Below, one piece after another: positions 37,323-47,848 of a stretch of 64,000 bases of DNA. The notes beneath the pieces are model-generated. The model searched no databases and was not told the origin of the DNA. It was given only the letters and a program-made list of their open reading frames with translations. A program made the position numbers and the translations under genes. Source of the stretch: Halocafeteria seosinensis. Its lineage: Eukaryota. Every line of letters begins with the position of its first letter. Within the stretch, counting starts at the first letter, position 1. The stretch is from assembly GCA_001687465.1 (NCBI GenBank), contig LVLI01000040.1, positions 1 to 64,000 on the forward strand. Reading direction: 5' to 3'.

Positions 37323-40300
37323 AGAATTTGGGGACGCTCCCACGGATGTAGCAATCTACAAACTGAAGGAGCCTTCGAAAATAAAATCTCTGACGTTCTA
37401 TTATTATGAGTGGCAGGCCAGTGTCGGCGGAGGTATTCGGCTTCTTAATGCAAATGGTGATGTGGAAATGGGTGTAGCTACGGATAATCCTCAGATCACT
37501 GTGGACGATGCTAGCCCTGAAGGGTTCCGACGAATAGACCCAGGCCCGCGGAATCCCGAGTATGAGATATGGGTGCAAGTCAATATAGACATAGATTGGA
37601 CGGACAAATCATTCAGTGTAGTTTGGAAAACGTTACACTCTCAGTCATGGACGCTGAGCTATAACGGAGAACTTCAGCGGGGACACCCCATAGACAAAAT
37701 TGCTTGGGCTAATCATAGGGCTGGAAGCGACAATGACCATTCCGGGAAGTGGGATAAGTCCTATAAAATGTATATGCGCATATGTGGAGTCCAAGTTGAG
37801 GTCCCTTCCCGCCACAGTGTGGATGACGTTAAGGACTGGGACAACTGGGAACTTCCTGAAGATAATGTAGATAAAGTCTCTGGGGACGAGAACTCATGCG
37901 TTGGAAATCGAGAGAGTATCCAAATACGGAGAGAGGAGACCCAAGTGACGGATATTGCATTCTACAAGTTAAAGACACCGTCAAGAATACAGTCTTTGAC
38001 ATTCTATTACTATGAGTGGGAGGCAAGTGTCGGCGGCGGCATTCGGCTTCTTAATGTTAATGGTGCTGTGGAAATGGGGTTGGCAACGGATAACCCCGAG
38101 ATCACCGTTGACGATGCTAGCCCTGAAGGTTTCCGACGAATTGACCCAGGACCTCAGAACCCCCGGTACGAGACATGGGTGGAAGTTGATATACACATAG
38201 ACTGGACGGATAAATCATTCAGTGTAGTTTGGAAAACGTTAGACTCTCAGTCATGGGAACTGACATATGACGGAGATCTGCATCAGGGACACCCCATAGA
38301 CAAAATTGCTTGGGCCAATCATGTCGCAGGAAACTACAATGATCATTCAGGGGTCTGGGATAAATCCTATAGAATGCATATGCGCATATGTGGTGTCCAA
38401 ATTAAGGTAGAATGCTCCCCTGGGACACACTTCGACGAAGCACAATCGACTTGCGTCTTATGTCCTAATGGAACTTATAGCACCGACGGTGATGCCTGCC
38501 AGGCTTGTCCACCCGGACAGACAAGCGACGAAGGCTCGCAAACCAGCACCGCCTGCCGCAACTGTTCGATTGGAAGTTACGGTCCAGGAGGAGATGGCTG
38601 TACAGACTGTCCGCCGGGTACTAGCAGCTCGAGAGGATCCAAATCGGAGAGCGAATGTGACCTTTGTCCACCAGGTACTTACAGTGAAGGAGGAACCGCA
38701 TGTAAAGAGTGCCCTCCAGGTCAGGTTGCTGATGATGGAGCATTGAGTAAAGACGAGTGCTTTTTCCCTACACCGACGCCCTCATCAACAGCCTCTATGA
38801 CAAGCTCGTCTAGCTGTAGTCCAACTCATTCCGCGTCTCCTACTCCCAGCCGGTCTCCATCAGAGTCGATTACTCCGACGAGCTCCACAAGTCCCTCTTC
38901 TTCCTTATCACCCAGTGCTAGTGCAACTGAGACAGCACTGTCGACATCGACAAAGTCTCCCACTCGAACCTCAAGTGTGACGACTACACTATCCGTAACC
39001 ACGAGCACCACACAGTCGTGGTTGGGAACCCCAACCTCTTCGGCAGCAATATCAGGGACGCCGACTGAATCTGGATCTTACACACCAACTGTGTCCGCAA
39101 CGACAGCGTGGTCGAAATCCTCAAGCTCTTTGGAAACTGCATCAGGGACGTCGGTGTCTCCAACTCACCCCTCGTTTGTCATCCAGACCGCATCAGTGAG
39201 GCCGTGCCCAACCTCGTTGAAAACGATTACGAGCAGTCGTTCCACGTCCATAGCACCAACTCCTTCCGCAACTGTCTCGATAACTATTCGGAGTCCAGCT
39301 GCTTCCACTCCCACAACCACCTACAGTTCATATTCGACGACACTCAATTTATCTACGTCAGTAACGATGACCCAAAATAGCACAGTACGTGCTTCGGTCC
39401 CCAAATCGTTGACGACTCAGCAAATTTCTCCCCAATATACTGGAATCGGAACGTCGGCTATTGAGCCGACTAACTCTATGCTGGGCAGCACGCCCATCGG
39501 CTCGATTATTGGAGACACTGGCCGAGGTAGCACCGCCGCGGCTTTCGGGAGTGACAAAGGAGGTAATGGCCATATAGCGCTGGAATCAGTTGCTTTCGCA
39601 GGAGCCTTCAGTGTTCTGGTAGGACTGCTATTCGGCGCAATCTATTTCCGGCGCAAGAGGAACAAACGCCATATGGCTAGATCAAAGGATGTACTGGAGT
39701 TTTATTGCGAGGAACTCTCTATTCCTCGACGGCACTTATGGTTGTCAAACGCCATGGAAGAACTTGTACGTTCTGAAGCTTTCACTGACGACGGTAAACC
39801 TTGCTACTCTGCGGATTCAACACTGTTCAAACCGCCGTCGTCTCAGAACGATGAACACGTATCACTGAGTGTCAATCCTTTGACTGGGGACAATTACAGC
39901 TTTCAGCAAAATTTTCCACAGGATAATTCGGGTAGAGTGGTCAGCTTAGCAAGAAACGACAGGACCAGCAATCCCCTAAATCCAGTGGCTTTTCTTATTG
40001 ATTCGCGAGCAGAGCTCCCTAGCAACTCAAACAGCAGATATGACGTAGTCGTAAAGAACCCAATGAATGTTGTCCACGCCTCGGTAAACAGGGTTGACTC
40101 TCAACTATACTTGACTCCGGCATTGTGCCTGGATCGTTCCTCTCTTTCCTCGGGACAAAGAATGTGGCTGAGATGCCGTGAATGGCGAACAAGGCTACTT
40201 GCACAGCCATCTCCACTTGTTGCCCTGTACGTGCATAAGGATAGCAAACCTGTCAATACCACCGATACGACCACTCCAGGAATTCCTCCTAACTCTGAAG

Positions 40301-40599
40301 CTAGCAGCTCAATCGAAGAGTCCGCAGGTCTGTCTTCTGCAGAGAACAGTCCTACGGACCGTCAGAAGCATGTTTTCAGAGGTTTAGCGTTCGCCAAAGC
40401 AACGAAACATACCAGATCTGCTCTCATTGATGAGGCAAAAGAGGAAAGATTGCGGCAGAACAGGAATACCGTCTTTGGCGGGGTTAGTAAAAAGGAGTTT
40501 GCCCAAACACTGTCCTACGGAAATTTAGCCAGCTCTTTTGCGAACAAGGCCCGGAAAGGACAACCCCGGCGACCGTATTCTCGACGGGGAGGAAAGTAA
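37323..40599 (+). CDS. Single-pass surface receptor-like protein, copy 1 (2 Trp-rich beta domains, 3 Cys-rich repeats, S/T stalk, TM, ~315-aa tail); 5' end unresolved
   Basis: The reading frame is open from a CAG acceptor at 37322 to the stop at 40599. It has the duplicated FYYYEWxASVGGGIRLLNxNGxVEMGxATDNP domain, CPxGTYS repeats and TM AFAGAFSVLVGLLFGAIYF-RRKR. No signal-peptide exon was found. Confidence 0.8.
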
Positions 40600-41255
40600 A
40601 GTTCAAACTAATTTCCTGGAGATAGGTGGATCAGTGCAAGTCTTGAAACCGTTGGTACTTCCAGTGTACTTCCTATAACTCTGGAGTAGAGGAAGAGCCC
40701 TCTTCGTGTCTATATTGCTACGTGTAATACCTGCGTACGTATACATGTTATAGCAGGCGTACAGTTTGTATAAAAATTAAATTGAGGTTTGTTTCTGGAG
40801 TAGATGGTCCCACTCACAGTAAGGACTTCTGCAGAAGGCTACATCCAGGGGTATCCACCGAACCGGACTAAAGAATATAACATTATAATCCTTCAAGCAT
40901 GTTTCAATGCCAAAATTCAATTACTTCGCACAGTATCGAATTTCGGGGCGCTTCTCCTCTCTTCTTTGTTTTGCCAGTGCTGAAAATTTACCCTGCGTAA
41001 TGTCTAGGAGTCAACCATTCTTTCTTTGGGTCATCTCCGGAACCTGGAGAACCCATAAGTGGCACGAGTATATACACGAGTCCGTTGAATGCAGTTTTTT
41101 CTGGATGCAGTTTTTTCGCCGCCGGTGCAATTGCAGTTCTCTGCCAACGGCATCCATGTCCACATTGTAGAATGCTTTACCATTGGTTCCAGCTGAGGCT
41201 CAGCTGCTGAGCCCCCCGTTTGAAGGTTCCGGGAACTTCCGGTTAGGTCCGAAAC

Positions 41256-41768
41256 CAGAGTGGTTGGGATCGATCCCCACCGTCCCCTATCCCCTATCCC
41301 CAGGGGATATGCTGGGGACAGCGGCAGGCTACAGCCTGTCCCCGGGGACAGCATCAAAAACATTTATGCGATGGTTGTTATGTAGTCGAGATGCATTGTA
41401 CAATACATATGGAGGCAATGATGTACTGTATGATTACAACAATTGTCGCATTTCCACTGAAATAGCTACCAGTAGCAACCGGGTTACCGCCTGCCGTCAG
41501 GAGGAGGATGGCGGCTACGATGACGAATCGAACCTCGATGAACTCGTTATCTTATAGACGGTATACAATGTCCATCACTTAACTATCAGAGTATTCAATT
41601 CAGCAATACAACACCCTCCGACTCGAGGTTCCGAGACTTACCAAATCTTACTTGAAGTTCTAGACACACCGTATCCCCGGGGATGGTGGGGATGGGGATG
41701 GGGACCGCGGAGATGCCTGGGAACGGGGATGGGCATACTGGCCCGGAAATCCTATCCCAACCACTCTG
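41256..41768. mobile_element. Non-autonomous hAT-type DNA transposon (MITE-like, 513 bp)
   Basis: Perfect 15-bp TIRs CAGAGTGGTTGGGAT (41256-41270) and ATCCCAACCACTCTG (41754-41768). Exact 8-bp TSD TCCGAAAC at 41248-41255 and 41769-41776. Subterminal ATCCCC/GGGGAT repeats at both ends. Confidence 0.92.
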
Positions 41769-41962
41769 TCCGAAACTCTGGTCGCTTAGGTAACTGGGTT
41801 GAAGACTGCGACCTCTGCCACAAATGCTTTGCTTGCAATATCTATGCGATTGCATCCTAATAGGAATATCCATACCAAGTCTTGTTGACTGCATTCAACG
41901 AACTCTGGTTTTTGTCTGCTTCGAACCTGGTGGCATTCGACGAAATCGAACACTTCGTCAAA

Positions 41963-44900
41963 ATGACCAATGGAACACGTCTTCCCCCGCTAACTCCCTT
42001 CGTCCTGGTGCTCGCAGCTGTTCTGCCCAGCTCGGTGCTCACAGCCGAGGCTCTAAGTTTCCATGACAATTTTCATGACTTAAGCGACTGGAACATCCAC
42101 GATAGCCGTGTTTATCACTCTGATGCGTCCTGTGATGGAATCAGTGAAAGCATGGAAATCCAAGAAAGTTGGACGCAGAACGTCGACGTGGCAACCTACG
42201 AACTTAGTTCTCCCACAAAGATAGAATTTCTACGGTATTATTACTTTGAATGGCGAAGTAGCCATGGCGGTGGAATCCGCCTTATCAATGATCAGGGAGA
42301 TGTCGAAATGGGAGTGGCAACAGATAACCCTCAGCTTAATGTTCATGATAACGCAGGCTTTAGACACATTCATGATGGCCCGGATAACCCAAGATACAAA
42401 GTATGGGTGCGAGTGGATGTGGAAATCGACTGGGACAGTAATTCGTTTACGGTGATATGGAATGATGTAGACTCGAATTCCAAGCTGAAGGGTTACAATG
42501 GTCAGCTTCGGGAAGGACGGCCAATCCAACGTATCGGCTTCGCTAACCACAACGGCGAGTCCTGGGGAGCTTCTTGGAATATGTATATGAGGCTTTGCTC
42601 ATTCTCTCTTAGGTCAGCGGCTATCTTTCGTGACAATTTTAAAGACTTCTCCCACTGGCATAATGTAGATAGCAACGTGAAACTAGATGGGGCTTCGTGC
42701 GACGGAAAAAGCGAGAACATGGAAATCACGGTTGGCAATACCGGAGAGACCGATGTCGCAGTGCACACTCTCTCGTCTCCTGCTGAACTTACTTTCGTCA
42801 GTTTTCAATACTACGAGTGGTCAAGTAGCAACGGCGGCGCAATCCGACTCCTTAACAAGAATAACGATCTCGAGTTGACCGTCGCCACGGACAATCCACA
42901 GCTGGAGGTGCAGGACGCTGGGGGAACGAAAAGGGTCAATGGTGGGCCTGGATATAAGATTTGGATCCAGGTCTATTTGAGCTTTGATTGGAAACATGGA
43001 AAATACTCGGTTACCTGGACGCGGACGGACACCAAAAGGCAGCTCGATTCTCATTCGGGCTCTTTAAAAGAAGGCAAACCAATCGATGAAATACGATGGT
43101 CCAACTACGCGGGTAGTAACATGTATATGCGTATTTGTGCCGTAGAATATAGCTTATTGAACTGCCAACCTGGGTACCACTTTACTGAAGAGTCTTCCGG
43201 ATGCATGGAATGCCCCCAAGGAACCTACAGTACCGACGGTGAGACTTGCCAAGACTGCCCTGCGGGGAAGAGCAGTGACAGTGGGAGCACGAGGGAGCAA
43301 GAGTGCTTTCCATGCTCCGAGGGCAGATATAGCCCGGGTGGAGATGAATGTCAAGACTGTCCGGAAGGAAAGAGTAGTGAAAGCGGTTCCACGGATAAAA
43401 CTGCTTGCAAGGCGTGCTCCCAAGGAAAGTACAGTCCCGGAGGAACCAAATGCATGAGCTGTCCCGCTGGAGAAAGTAGTGAGAAGGGATCCGTTGACGA
43501 ACAGGATTGTGACTTATGTTCGCCGGGAAAATACAGTAATAAAGGGTCAGAGTGCTCTAGTTGTCCACCGGGAAAAAGTAGTCCTGAGGGTTCTGAAAGT
43601 GAGGAAGCCTGCGCGGAATGTCCGAAAGGAACGTTTAGTGGTGGAGGAACGTCATGCAAGTCATGCCCAGCTGGTAAGAGCAGTCTTAAAGGATCTGAGG
43701 ACCAAGGTGCCTGTTTTGAATGCTCTGAGGGCAGATACAGCCCGGGTGGAGATGAATGTCTAGACTGTCCGGCAGGTAAGAGTAGTACGACCGGTTCGGA
43801 GGATAACGATGACTGTGAACTATGTCCGGCGGGTAGATACAGTGAAGGAGGGACTGCCTGTTTAGGATGTCCTACTGGACAAATAAGCGAAGCGGGCTCC
43901 GGAAGTAAAGATAATTGTTTTGTTCCGACACCTACAAGCTCCCCCACTTCCTCGGCCACGAGCTCGGTGAGTGAAACTCCTACCACTTCCGTGTCACCCA
44001 CTTCCACTCCTTCAAACACCGTGACGACGACACCTTCCGTATCTAGGACGTCAAGCCCATCCTATACCAGCAGCCCAACTGCCTCAGTCACCGTTTCGTC
44101 GACAGCCAGCTCTTCAGGATCACCAACGGCAACATCTTCGAGCTCGGAGACAGGTTCTCCGTCTCGTTCCAGAACACCAACTCCTTCTCTATCGACCAGT
44201 CCTACAGGCTCAATAACTGCCACAATGACAGCGACTAGCTCCCAGTCTCTATCGGTTACCGCCAGTGCAACAACTTCAAAGTCTCGTACAGGGAGCCCCT
44301 CGATCTCTGAAACAGGGAGTCCATCTCGCTCTGGCACCTCCACCTCGACTCCGTCTGCAACTGGCTCCGAAACAAGCTCTGCAACATTGACAGTTACCTC
44401 TTCGATTTCTGGTACGCCAACGACAACGCCGTCGCCTAGCCTGAGCGCCACTGGCAGCGCTAGCGCATCCAAGAGCCGAGAAAGCTCCGGTGCATTCGCA
44501 GATTCCGAGAGCGGGGTCAGCGTTGGCGAGACCCTGGGAACGTTTGCTGTACCGGGAGTGATTGTTGCACTTTTATTAGCTGCCACAATATTCCTAGTTT
44601 ATCGACGTCGTCGGAAGAAACCTAGTGACGTCCATTCGATTTATTCGGAAATGCTAGGCATTTCTCGAGGTGATTTGTTGGTGTCAACGTCAGCGAGAAC
44701 TGTCTTAAACTCTCGCGGAGTTGGTAGCCCTTCGTCCAGCGTATCTGCTGCTCCCCCTGTCGCACGGACCCAATTTTCTATGAGTGTTAATCCGCTAGTG
44801 AATTATCCCAAGGATTCTACACAAACAGGGTCGCCACAAAGCCAGGAATCGGCCGAGCCCAACATTGATTACTTTCAACGGCAGCCCGATTGCAATAGTC

Positions 44901-45592
44901 GTGGTACGGGCTGGCCCCATGTGTTCTTAATCGATGCGCAAACAGAGCTTGCTAATGCGACCGGTAGGGCAGAACTGGTGATAGGGGACCCAAGAAGTGT
45001 TGCTGAATTCCAGAAGTTCGCAAAGCATCCCGTTTATGTGACTCCCACATGTTGTGTCGATCCGTCTAATCTTACTTGGAAACAGAAGTCATTACTGAAG
45101 TATCATCAGTGGAAAGCCACGCTGTTGGCGCAGCCTCCTCCTCCGGTCGCTGTCTCCATTCATAAATCGGGGAAACCGAACTTGAATGATTCAGTTGAGG
45201 CTACAGAGAACGCATCGAAACATACCGAAGAGCATAACTGTACAGCGAATACAGTAAATCATTTGGCATTTGCAAAGTCAGGTGCACTGGCTTCGAAGAA
45301 GCGAAACGTTTCTAATGTCAGTAGCGGGAGAAAGGATGAGCAGCTGACCAGCGTAAGAGCAGAGACCCGTAGTACCTTTTCCGACAGTGGCTGGAAAGAC
45401 GAAAAAGCACGATCAAAGTTGATCCATGAAGCGAAGGAGCAAAGATTGCGTCCGAAAAGAATGGAAATTGTTGGGCAATCAAATAAGAAGGAATTCGCAC
45501 AGGCACTCTCCTACAGAGACCTTTCTCGTTCTTTCTCGAATTTGGCATCTAATCGACGCAGCAAACGCGCTTTTTCACGCGATAAACAGTGA
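41963..45592 (+). CDS. Single-pass surface receptor-like protein, copy 2 (signal peptide, 2 Trp-rich beta domains, 7 Cys-rich repeats, S/T stalk, TM, ~330-aa tail)
   Basis: Intronless ORF. Signal peptide MTNGTRLPPLTPFVLVLAAVLPSSVLTA, YYFEW..GGGIRL..EMGVATDNPQ twice, 34-aa CxxGxYS..CxxCPxG repeats (GCC2/GCC3, ephrin-receptor-like), and TM VPGVIVALLLAATIFLVY-RRRRKK. Confidence 0.92.
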   Translation: MTNGTRLPPLTPFVLVLAAVLPSSVLTAEALSFHDNFHDLSDWNIHDSRVYHSDASCDGISESMEIQESWTQNVDVATYELSSPTKIEFLRYYYFEWRSSHGGGIRLINDQGDVEMGVATDNPQLNVHDNAGFRHIHDGPDNPRYKVWVRVDVEIDWDSNSFTVIWNDVDSNSKLKGYNGQLREGRPIQRIGFANHNGESWGASWNMYMRLCSFSLRSAAIFRDNFKDFSHWHNVDSNVKLDGASCDGKSENMEITVGNTGETDVAVHTLSSPAELTFVSFQYYEWSSSNGGAIRLLNKNNDLELTVATDNPQLEVQDAGGTKRVNGGPGYKIWIQVYLSFDWKHGKYSVTWTRTDTKRQLDSHSGSLKEGKPIDEIRWSNYAGSNMYMRICAVEYSLLNCQPGYHFTEESSGCMECPQGTYSTDGETCQDCPAGKSSDSGSTREQECFPCSEGRYSPGGDECQDCPEGKSSESGSTDKTACKACSQGKYSPGGTKCMSCPAGESSEKGSVDEQDCDLCSPGKYSNKGSECSSCPPGKSSPEGSESEEACAECPKGTFSGGGTSCKSCPAGKSSLKGSEDQGACFECSEGRYSPGGDECLDCPAGKSSTTGSEDNDDCELCPAGRYSEGGTACLGCPTGQISEAGSGSKDNCFVPTPTSSPTSSATSSVSETPTTSVSPTSTPSNTVTTTPSVSRTSSPSYTSSPTASVTVSSTASSSGSPTATSSSSETGSPSRSRTPTPSLSTSPTGSITATMTATSSQSLSVTASATTSKSRTGSPSISETGSPSRSGTSTSTPSATGSETSSATLTVTSSISGTPTTTPSPSLSATGSASASKSRESSGAFADSESGVSVGETLGTFAVPGVIVALLLAATIFLVYRRRRKKPSDVHSIYSEMLGISRGDLLVSTSARTVLNSRGVGSPSSSVSAAPPVARTQFSMSVNPLVNYPKDSTQTGSPQSQESAEPNIDYFQRQPDCNSRGTGWPHVFLIDAQTELANATGRAELVIGDPRSVAEFQKFAKHPVYVTPTCCVDPSNLTWKQKSLLKYHQWKATLLAQPPPPVAVSIHKSGKPNLNDSVEATENASKHTEEHNCTANTVNHLAFAKSGALASKKRNVSNVSSGRKDEQLTSVRAETRSTFSDSGWKDEKARSKLIHEAKEQRLRPKRMEIVGQSNKKEFAQALSYRDLSRSFSNLASNRRSKRAFSRDKQ

Positions 45593-46311
45593 ACAGTAGG
45601 AGTTGGTTCCATTCTTCATCATGGTAGTGCTGTTGAACACTCGATAACCCGGCACCTGGGATTTACAGCGTCTAGGCTAGCTCCATCATAACTGTAACTT
45701 TTTGAATGATTGAACTGAAGAGGGGGAACTATGTTGTGCATTCGTTTCGGCAGTGGTTGTATACTGACATAGGAAGACAACATTTTCATGAAGTATGCGG
45801 AGTATGGAAACTATCGTTGTCTTATTCCTATTTACCCTATGAGGCATCTTACTTGGCGAATAATACAAAGTCTCTGTTTCCCCATCACAGTCTTGTCGTT
45901 TGCTTATCCATGTATGGTGTGGTATACACGTTCGGCAGTACCCTGATCCTCCACGTCCTCATTCTCCATCGCCGTTTCAGACTCCGAGGTTGAAATGAAC
46001 AAATACAATGTATGTATGTTCGTCCTACCAACTGCGTGCCATGCTATTGGACTGTACTAATGGTACGAACCGAGGTGGGAGCCTCGGTTGCAGATCGGCT
46101 GAGGCTCCTGGGATGCGTTGTTCCGATGTAGTGGTAAAGTAGATACATCGGCGGCGCGAAAACCTACACGTGTGCCGACGTGTGTTGACTCCTCTGTGGA
46201 TGCAGTGCGGCCGTACTGACTTCACCAATCCAAGAACGTGCCAAACCTGTTTTCACTAAGCTTCAGTTTGGGAGAGGACATTTTGCCTGAACACTACACT
46301 GTATGGTTCAT

Positions 46312-46334
46312 ACACACACACACACACACACACA
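46312..46334. repeat. (AC)n microsatellite
   Basis: Perfect AC run of ~11 units. Confidence 0.9.
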
Positions 46335-46565
46335 TGTGACATGTGACAGATAGCCCAACGGTCAAGGAAGTTGACGGCATCCTCTTCACGAGCGACCTTT
46401 GTCTCGTCTCCCGAATACACACACAGGTGTTGGTAACTTCCAATTTCTATGCCAATGCATCACAACAAGAATATCAATACGTAGTCTTGTTGACTGTATT
46501 GAAGGAACTCTGTTTTCTCTTATTCGAACCTGGTGGCATTCTACGAATTCGGACATTTAGTCAAA

Positions 46566-47550
46566 ATGGCCAATGGAACACGTTTTCCCGCGCTAACTGC
46601 CTGGGTCCTGGTGCTCGTCAATACGATAAAATTTCAAAACACAAAATATAATGAAAGAACAAATTTTTTAACCACCAAAATTTTAAAAAAGAAACAATTA
46701 GTCTCGCGGGTGACGCCGAGGCTCTAAGTTTAGTTTCCGTGACAATTTTCATGAGTTAAGCAACTGGAACATCCACGATAATCGTGTTTATCGCTCTGAT
46801 GCGTCCATAGGATCAGAGTGGTTGCTCATATCAACTGGCGCAGCAATTCTTTTCGAGTGACCTGGAGTCAGGTAGAAGCGAGTTCTCCACTAGCTATACA
46901 TAGAGGGAAGCGAATTTCGTGCTTGGAGTTTGCCCATCAAATCGGCGGAAGCTGGAATCACCAGACCAGAATGGACATGAGAATCTGTTCTCTCTCTGAT
47001 ACATCAGCTGAATTCTTCAGAGAGAAGTTCGAAATCTTGAGTCAATGGAGAATGTACACGGCGAACAGGTATTTTTACCTGGTGATGGAGAATCTTGTGA
47101 CTCAGCCAGTGGCAGTATGGAAGCCAAGGCTGTGGAGACGCCTGATGTCGACGTTGCCGTACACGAGACTGAGGCTCCGACAAAAATCACCTCTTTGTTG
47201 TTTCACTATTATGAATGGCTGCAGGATCAAGAAGGTGGAGGGATACGTCTTTTCAACGAAATTGGAGCTAGGCATTGCAGCTCGATTCCACGTCGATGAC
47301 CTTAAGGGACCACGAGAGGTCTATGATGGAGACCCACCTGGATACAAGAGGTGGATAAGTGTAGTAACTAGTTTTGATTAGGAGAGTAGCGAGGTATTTA
47401 TCCAATGGACTGGTGCCGACGGCAAAAGGCTTCACTCAGCTACACTGTCTTTGAAGAACTGTAAGCCCATCAGGGACGTACAATGGTCCAACTATCGTTT
47501 TGGAGAATGGACAAAACTAGCACGCTACATATGCGCATCTGTGGGTTTGC
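46566..47550 (+). pseudogene. Third, degraded copy of the surface-receptor family
   Basis: Upstream DNA (46441-46565) and the start MANGTRFPALT match 41836-41990. Remnants FHELSNWNIHDNRVY, DGESCDS, FHYYEW..GGGIRLFNE and PIRDVQWSNY..MRICG are broken by frameshifts, deletions and an AT-rich insert. No Cys repeats or TM follow. Confidence 0.88.
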
Positions 47551-47848
47551 GAATCAGTTTGGACGCCTCTCGACATCTCTTGAGAGAAGGCAAGCAGAAT
47601 GCCGATTTCGCATGATACAATATCCAGAGAGATCTGTCGTCATGCCTGCATAGCTCATTGCCTACGAGGCGTATAATTATAATATTCTCAGAAGGGGGCG
47701 ATGATCATGCTTGGGCCAATTTGAGGTGGTTGGAGCTCATGCACTGTTGACCATGACGAGTAGTCCGCGACCAGCGGACTACAGGATTCGGGCGTCTGAT
47801 ACCATTGAAACGGGATTTATCCGAAAGAGGTGTCACGAAATCAGGGAA

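Noticed and set aside
43200..43920. 102-bp periodic repeats as a CRISPR-like array
   Set aside because: They are in-frame coding Cys-rich repeats with no repeat-spacer structure, in a eukaryotic context.
43351..44586. Long antisense ORFs (222 and 174 aa) over receptor copy 2, and similar shadows over the sedolisins and KNL1-like gene
   Set aside because: They are reverse-complement shadows of repetitive or biased sense codons, with no independent motifs.
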